A stretch of DNA of 56,085 nt from an uncultured Bacilli bacterium. GTDB lineage: Bacteria; Bacillota_I; Bacilli_A; RF39; UBA660. This document shows, in pieces, positions 43,975-53,236 of the stretch. The stretch is taken from positions 1 through 56,085 of the forward strand of contig CANRPP010000004.1 in assembly GCA_947632545.1 (NCBI GenBank). The letters run 5' to 3'. The notes beneath the pieces are model-generated. The model was not told the DNA's origin. It did no database searches and was given only the letters and a program-made list of their open reading frames with translations. The translations under genes were made by a program, and so were the position numbers. Position 1 is the stretch's first letter. Each line of letters starts with the position of its first letter.

Positions 43975-45753
43975 TTATTCAACAGTAACAGATTTTGCTA
44001 GATTCTTTGGTTTATCTACATCACAACCTCTATTAACAGCAGTATGATATGCGATTAATTGAAGAATTGGAACTACTAATAAAGATATTACAAATTGACT
44101 AACATCATCTACACATATTTCTAAATTTCTATTTTGTTTTAGAGATTTTCTTGAAATAATAACTGTTTTAGCACCACGAGACTCTACTTCAATTATATTA
44201 GAAATAGATTTTTCACAAAGTTCTTCATCAGTTAAAATACAAAATACAAATATTTTATCATCAATTAAAGAAATAGTTCCATGTTTTAATTCACCTGATG
44301 GATATGCTTCACTATGAATATAAGAAACTTCTTTTAATTTTAAGCTTCCTTCTAAACACATTGCATAATCATATCGTCTACCAATAAAAAATATATTTTC
44401 ACTATCTTTTATTTTTTTAGCTATTTTTTTATATTCATTTTCTCTATCAATAACATTTTTAACTAATTTAGGAATATTTCTAAATTCAGCTATATAATTA
44501 TCTATATTATCAATTAATTTTTTACTATAAGCTAGTTTTAAGGCAAGTAATGATATAATTGCAACTTGAAGTAAATAAGCTTTAGTAGTAGCAACTGCAA
44601 TTTCTTCTCCTGCTTCAATAAATACAACTTTATCTGCTAATCTTGCGATAGTTGATGTTTTTACATTAACAATTGCTAAAGTATCTTGGCCTTGTTCTTT
44701 TGCTTTTTTTAAAGCTGCAATTGTATCTGCCGTTTCTCCAGATTGTGAGATTAAGATTACTAAAGTTTTATTATTATAAATATTATTTTTATATCTATAT
44801 TCACTAGCTACTTCACATATTGCTTTAGTATTTGCTTTTTCTTCAAATAAAGTTTTACCAATCATTCCAGCATACATTGCAGAACCACATGCAACTATAT
44901 GAATCTCATCATATCCTTTTAAATCTGGAATAGATGAAAAATCTTCTAAATAAGGTTTTAAAGTTTTTTCTAAAACCATAGGTTCTTCATTAATTTCTTT
45001 TAACATATAATGAGGATAACCATTTTTACTTTTACTATTTACATCTATATCTATAGTATCTACTTTTTTATCTACTTTATTACCATTTGAATAATAATTA
45101 ATTTTATCTTTAGATATTTCAGCTATATCATTATCTTCTAAAAAAACAAATTTATTAGTAAACATATTAATTGCACATATATCACTAGCAAAAAAATTTT
45201 CATCTTTACCAATACCAATAACTAATGGAGAATCTTTTTTTATAACATATAATTTATCTGGAATATTTTTTATCATAATACCTAATGCATATGAACCTTT
45301 AATAATACCAATTACTTTAGAAAGTGTTTTTATAATATCATTATCTAAATATTTATTAATTAATGCAGCTACTACTTCAGTATCAGTTTCACTATTAAAT
45401 TTAATTCCTTCATTAATTAAACTAGCTTTTAACTCTTTAGCATTTTCTATAATTCCATTATGAACTATAACTACATTACCACTACTATGAGGATGTGCAT
45501 TAACTAAATTAGCCTCTCCATGAGTTGCCCATCTAGTATGAGCTAAACCAATATTATATTTATCTAAATTTATATTTTTTAATTTTTCTTCTAAATTTTT
45601 TATTTTTCCTACACTTTTGATAATTTCTATATTGTTATTATCAGTTAAAGCAATACCAGAAGAATCATAACCTCTATATTCAAGATTTTTAAGTCCCAAA
45701 ATTAATACATCTTCTGCCTTATTTTTTCCTATATAACCAACAATTCCACACAT
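43975..45753 (-). CDS. glmS: Glutamine--fructose-6-phosphate aminotransferase
   Basis: N-terminal MCGIVGY nucleophile, two SIS domains, and a C-terminal KPKNLAKSVTVE. Confidence 0.95.
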   Translation of the reverse strand: MCGIVGYIGKNKAEDVLILGLKNLEYRGYDSSGIALTDNNNIEIIKSVGKIKNLEEKLKNINLDKYNIGLAHTRWATHGEANLVNAHPHSSGNVVIVHNGIIENAKELKASLINEGIKFNSETDTEVVAALINKYLDNDIIKTLSKVIGIIKGSYALGIMIKNIPDKLYVIKKDSPLVIGIGKDENFFASDICAINMFTNKFVFLEDNDIAEISKDKINYYSNGNKVDKKVDTIDIDVNSKSKNGYPHYMLKEINEEPMVLEKTLKPYLEDFSSIPDLKGYDEIHIVACGSAMYAGMIGKTLFEEKANTKAICEVASEYRYKNNIYNNKTLVILISQSGETADTIAALKKAKEQGQDTLAIVNVKTSTIARLADKVVFIEAGEEIAVATTKAYLLQVAIISLLALKLAYSKKLIDNIDNYIAEFRNIPKLVKNVIDRENEYKKIAKKIKDSENIFFIGRRYDYAMCLEGSLKLKEVSYIHSEAYPSGELKHGTISLIDDKIFVFCILTDEELCEKSISNIIEVESRGAKTVIISRKSLKQNRNLEICVDDVSQFVISLLVVPILQLIAYHTAVNRGCDVDKPKNLAKSVTVE

Positions 45754-45793
45754 AATTTTACCTCCTATTTAAGTATATACAAAAAAAGAATAA

Positions 45794-46183
45794 TTAATCT
45801 TTCTTTTCTTTATCAAAAAAATTATTTAATAACATTGAACACATAATAAATAAAAAAGCTATAGATAATACCAAAAAATTATTTTTTAAATATTTTATAT
45901 TTATTGTATACAATGTATTATTAAAAGAATATATATTATAGTATAAAAAACTAGTATACATAGTAATAATTATAATAGAAATATTATTTAAAATAGATTT
46001 TTTAACTTTTTCTTTATTTTTAATAAATATAAATAATTCAATTATAAGAGTAATTAATACTACTAGTAAAAATAATATACCTTGCCAACTAGATTGATAT
46101 ATAAAAGGTAACATTTCAATAACTAAAAAGCTTAAAAGTACAAATGATATTATACTAATATAAAATATTATTTTTTTAATCAT
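45794..46183 (-). CDS. Small multi-TM membrane protein, unknown function
   Basis: 129 aa with four hydrophobic helices. The start overlaps the stop of the upstream AAA+ gene by 1 nt. Confidence 0.55.
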   Translation of the reverse strand: MIKKIIFYISIISFVLLSFLVIEMLPFIYQSSWQGILFLLVVLITLIIELFIFIKNKEKVKKSILNNISIIIITMYTSFLYYNIYSFNNTLYTINIKYLKNNFLVLSIAFLFIMCSMLLNNFFDKEKKD

Positions 46184-47229
46184 TATCCATCAAGTCTTTC
46201 ATATGGTAATTGATTTGGTTTTTGTTCATCTATTTCATCACTAAATATTTCATCAAAATGTGGTAATTCTTTTTTTATAACATCTGGATATACATTTTTA
46301 GTACTTTCTATAGCTTTTCTAAAATCCAAGATATTTACTTTATCTCTATTATCAAATAAAGCATTAGAAAAAGCTTCTTGAACAATAGTTAGAGAAACAT
46401 CTGGATATCTTGAACCTATTTCATATATTCTTTTATATTCACTAGTTATATCTGTAATAAATTCCATTATTCTTTGTTGAACAAAAGGAGAATACATCAT
46501 TTTTATACCTGTTCTTTTTTCTATTTTAGGTAAGGTTCCTACTAATATAGATATATTTTCATCTCTTGTAGGCTCTTCTACTAAAACTCTTTGAAAACGT
46601 CTAACAAAAGCTTTATCTTTTAATATATATCTTTCATACTCTTCAGTAGTAGTAGCACCAATTACTTTTATATCACCTCTATCTAGAGCAGGTTTAAACA
46701 TATTAGCAAAATCAAGTGCTTCACCTTTACTACCCATTAAAGTATGAATTTCATCAATAAATAATATTAAATTATTATACTTTTTTAATTCATCTATTAA
46801 AGTATTTACTTTAGCTTCTCCTGTTACAGGATCAACTCCAAGTAGTGCAGAAGTATTTATTTTTATAACATTATATTTTGATAAAGCATCTGGTACCAAT
46901 CCTTTTTGAATACGATATGCAAGTCCTTCAACGATAGCAGTTTTACCAACGCCAGGTTTACCAGTTAATACAACTGATTTATCTGGAGTAAGTAATACTA
47001 ATATAATTTCTTTTATTTGTTCATCTCTACCTATAGCAGGATTAGTTATATAATTTCTATCATTAAAATTTTCACCATAATTAGATAAAATACTAATTCT
47101 TTTTTCTTGTAAATTAAATTCACTATTATCACTTCTAGTAGCATTACCTATATCATTGTTCATTCTACTAATTCTAGTTATTTCTCTATTATTAATATTA
47201 TTAACACCAGGCATTTCACTCTTATTCAT
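46183..47229 (-). CDS. Stand-alone Clp/Hsp100 D1-type AAA+ ATPase domain protein
   Basis: 348 aa. GRDEQIKEIILVLL, Walker A GKPGVGKTAIVEGLA, Walker B ILFIDEIHTLMG, GDIKVIGATTTEEY and FVRRFQRVLVEEPT closely follow the ClpA/B/C first nucleotide-binding domain. No N-domain, M-domain or D2 is present. Confidence 0.75.
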   Translation of the reverse strand: MNKSEMPGVNNINNREITRISRMNNDIGNATRSDNSEFNLQEKRISILSNYGENFNDRNYITNPAIGRDEQIKEIILVLLTPDKSVVLTGKPGVGKTAIVEGLAYRIQKGLVPDALSKYNVIKINTSALLGVDPVTGEAKVNTLIDELKKYNNLILFIDEIHTLMGSKGEALDFANMFKPALDRGDIKVIGATTTEEYERYILKDKAFVRRFQRVLVEEPTRDENISILVGTLPKIEKRTGIKMMYSPFVQQRIMEFITDITSEYKRIYEIGSRYPDVSLTIVQEAFSNALFDNRDKVNILDFRKAIESTKNVYPDVIKKELPHFDEIFSDEIDEQKPNQLPYERLDG

Positions 47230-47305
47230 ATTATCACTTTCCCTTATAAGATATTATATCATAATTAATATTATATTTAATAACGTAATTAATTCCTTTA
47301 CATAA

Positions 47306-48127
47306 TTATTCATCATAAAATTCTAAAAATGAATGTTTTTCTCTATTTTTACTATATCCTAATATACAATCTAGGTTAATATTATCTAAACTTTTAAAAA
47401 TATTATAATCTACTCTATCATTTATCTTTCTTAAATTATTTATTAATTCTTTTACTTCTTCTCTTTTACTACTTTCTTTATTAGTAGAAATATTTTCTGT
47501 AAAGCGACACGCACAATTTATAAAATTTAAATTATTATAATTTTTCCACGATATAATATCACTTTCTTTAACTAAATAAAGAGGTCTAATAAGTTCTAAA
47601 CCTATAAAGTTATCACTATGAAGTTTAGGCATCATTGTTTTTAATTCTGCTCCATATAACATTGAAAGTAGAGTTGTTTCTATAACATCATCAAAGTGAT
47701 GACCTAAAGCAATTTTATTACAGCCTAATTCTTTGGCTCTACTATATAGAAATCCCCTTCTCATTCTAGCACATAAATAACATGGACTTTTATCTATATC
47801 ACTAACTATTTTAAAAATATCACTTTCAAATATTTCTAAATTTATATTAAGTAACTTTGCATTAGATTCTATTAACTCTCTATTTTCCTTACTATATCCT
47901 GGATCCATCATAACATAATGTACTTCAAAATGAAATTTACCATGTTTTTCTAACTCTTCTATACATTTAGCTAATAAAAATGAATCTTTTCCACCACTAA
48001 TACAAACCATAATTTTATCATTTTCTTTTATAAGTTCATATTCTACTACAGCTTTAACAAATTTAGCCCATATATCTTTACGATATTTTTTTATAATACT
48101 TCTTTCTATTTCTTGATATTTTTCCAT
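47306..48127 (-). CDS. ttcA: tRNA 2-thiocytidine biosynthesis protein TtcA-like (PP-loop ATPase)
   Basis: PP-loop CISGGKDS plus CxxC motifs (CYLCARMRR and CACRF). Confidence 0.8.
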   Translation of the reverse strand: MEKYQEIERSIIKKYRKDIWAKFVKAVVEYELIKENDKIMVCISGGKDSFLLAKCIEELEKHGKFHFEVHYVMMDPGYSKENRELIESNAKLLNINLEIFESDIFKIVSDIDKSPCYLCARMRRGFLYSRAKELGCNKIALGHHFDDVIETTLLSMLYGAELKTMMPKLHSDNFIGLELIRPLYLVKESDIISWKNYNNLNFINCACRFTENISTNKESSKREEVKELINNLRKINDRVDYNIFKSLDNINLDCILGYSKNREKHSFLEFYDE

Positions 48128-48167
48128 ATATAACTCCTATAAATATCATCTTAAATAAAATATTTTA

Positions 48168-49052
48168 TTACTTTGATGCCTCATATATTTCATTAATAGA
48201 TTCATATAATTTCTTATCAAATATATCTTCACTATCATTAACACTTAATCCCTCTAATAGCGCTCTTGAAAAACTAGCAATCATCCCTTTATTTTTAGAT
48301 AACTTATTACAAGCCTCACTTCTTTTATATCCACCTGATAAAGCAACAACTCTAATTACTTTAGGATTATTAAGATATGAACTATAAAAATTATCAATAC
48401 TAGGTATTGTAAACTTAAACATAACTTTAATATCATCATCTAAGTTTTCTAATTCTATATCAATTTTTTCTTTTAATATTCTTTCACATTCTTCTTTATC
48501 TTTAGCATCAATACTAACTTCAGGTTCTATTATTGGAATTAAACCTTTTCTATATATTATTTTTGCATAATAAAATTGTTGTTTTACTACTTTTTCAATA
48601 CCTATTTCATTAGCTTCTTTTATAACAGATCTCATTTTAGTACCAAATATATTTCTCTCTAGTGCATTATCTAATATTTCAATTAAATTAGGAATATCTT
48701 TCATTAATTGAACACCATTTTCTATATCTAGTAGGCCTCTATCAACTTTAAGAAATGATGGTATAGATTTATTTTTCCATAAATAATCACTTGTATATAA
48801 ATTATCTATTTTTCTATTAATAGTTTCTAAAAATAAAATTACACCAATAATATGTTTATTAGTAAAACTACTACTTTTTATAATTCTTTTTCTCATATTA
48901 TGAATTAAATCAAACATTTCTTCTTCATTTTTATATTTATCTTCATTAATTCCATATAAGCTTAAAGTTTTTTTACTACTACCACCACTTTGATCTAAAG
49001 CTGCGATAAATCCATTATTATTTTTTACTATATTTAACATTTCTTCATTCAT
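48168..49052 (-). CDS. Class I fructose-bisphosphate aldolase
   Basis: N-terminal IAALDQSGGS motif, as in Gram-positive class I Fda. Start placed at MNEEML, 23 codons inside the ORF-track start. Confidence 0.8.
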   Translation of the reverse strand: MNEEMLNIVKNNNGFIAALDQSGGSSKKTLSLYGINEDKYKNEEEMFDLIHNMRKRIIKSSSFTNKHIIGVILFLETINRKIDNLYTSDYLWKNKSIPSFLKVDRGLLDIENGVQLMKDIPNLIEILDNALERNIFGTKMRSVIKEANEIGIEKVVKQQFYYAKIIYRKGLIPIIEPEVSIDAKDKEECERILKEKIDIELENLDDDIKVMFKFTIPSIDNFYSSYLNNPKVIRVVALSGGYKRSEACNKLSKNKGMIASFSRALLEGLSVNDSEDIFDKKLYESINEIYEASK

Positions 49053-49143
49053 ATAAAACACCCTACTAATAGTATAACTTATTTTTAATATTCTATATAA
49101 AATAATAAAAATATTATACAAAATTTTACAAAAAAATAATAAA

Positions 49144-50034
49144 CTATTTTTGTTTATTATTCTTATTTTTTATTTTTATGGGATTAACATGAATTACAGT
49201 TAAATATATTTCATCTAGTTTTTTATCAATTTCTTTTTCAAGATTATCTGCAATTTCATGACTTTCAAAAGTAGATAAATTTCCATCTACAAATATAGTA
49301 AAAGATATTTGATATTTATATCCTATAGGAGTAGCATTAAAATGATTTACTTTTTTTATTTCACTATGTTTATTTATAATATCATACACTATACTTTTAG
49401 TATCATTTGAAATAGATTTATCCATTAATACATCATAACTTTCTATATATATTTTAATACCAGTAATAATTATCCATACTGATATAAAAATACCAACAAT
49501 ATAATCAAAGAAATAGATATTATAAATAGCTAAAATACATGATACTAAGTTAAAAAAAGTAATTATACAATCATTTCTATGATCTTTAGAATTTGCTTCT
49601 ATTAATAAATTATTATATTTTTTAGAAATCTTATTAGTATAAATATATAGTAAAAACTTTACTACAATAGTTACAATACATACAATAATTAACCAAATAG
49701 AAAAATCAAATTTTGAATTATGAATAAATGATTCAATAGAATCAAATAATACTTTAGCACCCATTATAATCATAGCAATACTAATTAACATTGAATAAAT
49801 ATATTCTGCTTTACCATGACCTAGATTATGATCATCATCACTTGGCTTACTAGCTATCTTATTACCAATAAAAGTCATAATAGATGAAAATATATCACTA
49901 GCACTGTTAAAACTATCAGCAATCATAGCTTGACTATTAGTAATAAAACCTATAATAGCTTTAATAATAAGTAAAAATATATTACCAATAATACCTAATA
50001 TACTAGCAAGTTTAGCTTTTTTAAATCTTTCCAT
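49144..50034 (-). CDS. Cation diffusion facilitator family transporter
   Basis: 296 aa. Six TM helices with a DxxxD-like site in TM2 (ADSFNSASD) and HRND in TM5, plus a C-terminal cytoplasmic domain. Confidence 0.82.
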   Translation of the reverse strand: MERFKKAKLASILGIIGNIFLLIIKAIIGFITNSQAMIADSFNSASDIFSSIMTFIGNKIASKPSDDDHNLGHGKAEYIYSMLISIAMIIMGAKVLFDSIESFIHNSKFDFSIWLIIVCIVTIVVKFLLYIYTNKISKKYNNLLIEANSKDHRNDCIITFFNLVSCILAIYNIYFFDYIVGIFISVWIIITGIKIYIESYDVLMDKSISNDTKSIVYDIINKHSEIKKVNHFNATPIGYKYQISFTIFVDGNLSTFESHEIADNLEKEIDKKLDEIYLTVIHVNPIKIKNKNNKQK

Positions 50035-50136
50035 AAGTCCACCTCAATTAATTATACATATTAGATTATATCTTATATTATGATAAAAATATACTATTAC
50101 TTGATAAATTTAAAAAATATTATAAACTACTCAAGT

Positions 50137-50162
50137 AAAAAGACTATCAGTATTGATAATCT
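50137..50162 (-). terminator. Intrinsic terminator after the serine hydrolase gene
   Basis: Reverse strand: AGATTATCA/TGATAGTCT hairpin (mismatched at one position) followed by TTTT. Confidence 0.45.
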
Positions 50163-50181
50163 TAATCATATAAATTATTAT

Positions 50182-51276
50182 TTAACTTTTAACTATTGAA
50201 TTTGATATATCATTTACATATTTATAAAACATATCAGAATAATCATCACTATTATAGTTACTAGTAAAAGTGATTATTAAATTTTGATCTGGCACAACAA
50301 ATAAAAATTGTCCACCAAAACCTTGAGCATAATAACAATGATAATTATTATTTCCCACATCTCTTATCCACCACTGATAACCATAATCTGCAAGGCTTCC
50401 TCTTTCTACCTGTACTTTTGTTGATTCTTTAATCCAAGTGGAACTTATTAACTCCTCTTTATCCCATTTTCCATTATTAAGATATAATAATCCAAATTTT
50501 GCAAAATCATACTCTGTTAAAGTATAGCCATTACCTCCATCAGTTACTCCTTCAGGAGATGTTTCACATTTTATACTATCAATATCCATTTTATCAAATA
50601 AATTTTCTTTACCAAATTCAAATAAATTTTTATTAAGTACTTTTTCAAGTAAAGCTGATAAAACATGAGTATTTCCAGTAGAATATCTAAATCTTGTTCC
50701 TGGAGTATTTTGCATAGGACTATTAAACATATATGAAGTCCAGTTACTAGACTTTCTCCAATCCTCCCAAATAGATGTATCAGTTGAGATAAATCCAGAT
50801 GTATGTGTTAAAAGATGTTTTATAGTAATTTGTTTTTGTAAGTCATTATTTCCATGTTTTATTTCATCAAAATAATTAGAAATCAAAACATCTACATTAT
50901 CAATATAACCTTTATCAATAGCTATTCCCATTAAAGCTCCTGTAATACTTTTAGAACATGAGTGAATAGGAAACTCACTATTTTCATTATATCCATCTTT
51001 AAAATACTCATTTACAATAACCCCATCTTTAATAATAAGACTAGAAGTTATTTCTTTAGTTTTTATAGACTCATTAAATGAATTTATAATATCTTTATTC
51101 ATGTTATGATTTTCTAAACTATCTTTCTTCCAAATAAATTTTTTTGCCTCTTTAATATCTTGTTCTTTTGGTTTTTCATAGCTTTTTGTAGTACTCTTAT
51201 TTCTTAATAAAAATAATAATGATATTAAAACTAAAATTACTATTATAATAAATATTATTATTTTTTTATTTTTCAT
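50182..51276 (-). CDS. Serine hydrolase (beta-lactamase / class C-like, membrane-anchored)
   Basis: N-terminal TM helix. SxxK motif HSCSKS and the typical LLTHTSG motif. Confidence 0.8.
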   Translation of the reverse strand: MKNKKIIIFIIIVILVLISLLFLLRNKSTTKSYEKPKEQDIKEAKKFIWKKDSLENHNMNKDIINSFNESIKTKEITSSLIIKDGVIVNEYFKDGYNENSEFPIHSCSKSITGALMGIAIDKGYIDNVDVLISNYFDEIKHGNNDLQKQITIKHLLTHTSGFISTDTSIWEDWRKSSNWTSYMFNSPMQNTPGTRFRYSTGNTHVLSALLEKVLNKNLFEFGKENLFDKMDIDSIKCETSPEGVTDGGNGYTLTEYDFAKFGLLYLNNGKWDKEELISSTWIKESTKVQVERGSLADYGYQWWIRDVGNNNYHCYYAQGFGGQFLFVVPDQNLIITFTSNYNSDDYSDMFYKYVNDISNSIVKS

Positions 51277-51409
51277 AACTTACCCTCACCTATAAAGTTG
51301 TTATTAGTATTAATTCTTTAATTACATAATTTATTATATTCTTATGAAATACAGACTTTAATCAAACATTTTTTATTTCTTATTTTAAGAAGCTGATATT
51401 TTGTCATAT

Positions 51410-52371
51410 CTATTTTGAAACTAAAAAATTCATTACTAAGTCAATTAGTATATCTTTTTCTTTAGGATTAGACTCTGCGATAAGTAGTGTAATTGCAACA
51501 AGTGTATTGTTATCAATAACTTGTCCTTTTTCATTATATAAAATATTATAAAATTCTAGGAAATATATAAATAATGTTGCAGCAATTCTTTTATTACCAT
51601 CAATAAAAGTATGATTTTAGTTATTAAATATAAAAAATTAGCTGCTTTTTCCTCTATAGTCATGTATAAATCTTTCCCATCAAAAGATTGATATATTGTA
51701 CCTATAATTTCTTTTAATCCCTCATCTCTTTCAAGGGCGAATAAATCACTATTACTATTAAATTTTAATTATCTAATTATATACATACAATCTTCATAAG
51801 TTATTTTCTTATCATTTTTTGTCCCACTGGGTTTTGATATTCTTTTATAATCATAATCATCAAGTAAATTTAAAGCATTTGAATAGTTATTTATTACTTT
51901 AATTATTTCTTGAGTCTCTTTTCCTTTTAATTCAGTATCTATTCTCCCTGCAATATCTATTAATTTGATTGTTTTTTCAAGATATTCTAATCTCTTTTGA
52001 TTAACAGCATAACCTTTAATCATATAATCTTTTAATACTTTAGATGCCCACTTTCTAAAAATAACACCATTTTTAGATTTTACACGATAACCAATACTTA
52101 TAATCATATCAAGATTATAGTAATCTAATTCTCTAGTTTGAGTTTTATCTGATAATGCTCCATGTTGAGTGGTATGTGCAAATTTTGCACATACCTCATT
52201 TTTATCCAATTCATTATCTTTAAAAACGTTATTTATATGTCTTGCTATAACTGTTCTATCTCTATCAAATAATCTAGCCATTTGTTCTAATGAAAGCCAT
52301 ACTGTTTCATCTTTCATATTGACTTCTAACTTAACACTTTGATTTTCAAATAATATAATTTCATTCTTCAT
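51410..52371 (-). pseudogene. RhuM-N-terminal / Fic-domain protein, disrupted (in-frame TAA plus a 1-nt frameshift)
   Basis: The N-terminal 200 aa (51769-52371) are RhuM-like. Reading continues in the same frame past the TAA at 51769-51771. After a -1 shift in the A-run near 51615-51618, the Fic motif appears: NHTFIDGNKRIAATLF (HxFx[DE]GNxR). The stop is at 51410-51412. Confidence 0.75.
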
Positions 52372-52430
52372 TACTTATCACTCACTTTAATTTAATTTTT
52401 ATTGATATTATTTTAATTTAAAATTTATTT

Positions 52431-53030
52431 TTATTTTTTCATAATTTCACTAGTCATTTTATTAATATATTTGTTAATCATTATATAATCTTTAATTGGA
52501 ATTTTTATTCTTTCAAATAATCTCTTTAATACTTGTACTAGATTTATCTCTTTACTTTTATATTCTTTTATTTTATGTTGCATATCTCTTTTAAAAGCTC
52601 TTTTATATGAATGAACTAAACTAGTTCTTTTTATGATGATTTTACCTTTTAAAGTAGTGGTATTCATGTACATATAAATATGTCTTCCTTCAAATATTTT
52701 CGAAGGAGATAATTTTTTATATAAATACTCATATATTAAATCAGCATAATCATAATACATATCTTTATTTTTTATTTCTGGATGTTCATTTATAAAAGAA
52801 TCTAACAATTGTTTTATATTATCTGGTCTATTTTTTAAACTAGCACCAAACATCCAGTCTAAACTTATTAAATCCATTTTTTTGTCTTTTTTTATTTGGC
52901 GAGCTAATGTAGTTTTTCCTGATCCCATCATTCCAGTAATATTAATGATATCATCATTTGTTAATTGGATTTCTAAATCAGATTTATCCTTAAATATACC
53001 TACATATTCTGTTCTTGACATACTATTCAC
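52431..53030 (-). CDS. P-loop NTPase/kinase-like protein, unknown function
   Basis: 199 aa with Walker A GMMGSGKTT. No further motif was recognised. Confidence 0.55.
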   Translation of the reverse strand: MNSMSRTEYVGIFKDKSDLEIQLTNDDIINITGMMGSGKTTLARQIKKDKKMDLISLDWMFGASLKNRPDNIKQLLDSFINEHPEIKNKDMYYDYADLIYEYLYKKLSPSKIFEGRHIYMYMNTTTLKGKIIIKRTSLVHSYKRAFKRDMQHKIKEYKSKEINLVQVLKRLFERIKIPIKDYIMINKYINKMTSEIMKK

Positions 53031-53178
53031 CTAATTTTTATTATAACATAAAATAAATTTTAAATTATATTATTTATCTTATTATAATAAAGTGTTTTAA
53101 TTTTTATAAATTTACTAAAGTTTATTAAAATAACTATATTTTTTGCATTTAGTATCTGGATTTGGTATCTAGATAATA

Positions 53179-53230
53179 AAAATTTTAGTAGTTGAAAAGG
53201 TAGTTGGAATTTGTTTTCAACTACCTTTTC
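53179..53230. repeat. Repeated terminator-like hairpin element, copy A (3' of pepF)
   Basis: aaaattttaGTAGTTGAAAAGGTAGTTGgaatttgttttcAACTACCTTTTc. Stem GAAAAGGTAGTTG/CAACTACCTTTTC. Shares a 19-nt and an 11-nt identical block with 55956-56006. Confidence 0.7.
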
Positions 53231-53236
53231 TTAATT

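Noticed and set aside
45754-45793. Looked for a glmS ribozyme upstream of glmS
   Set aside because: Only 40 AT-rich nt separate glmS from the upstream membrane-protein ORF. None of the conserved GC-rich core segments of the ribozyme are visible.
51769-51771. In-frame TAA in the RhuM/Fic gene as programmed read-through or an alternative genetic code
   Set aside because: TAA is used as the genuine stop codon of many well-supported genes in this window. A second lesion (a frameshift) occurs in the same gene. A pseudogene is the simpler explanation.
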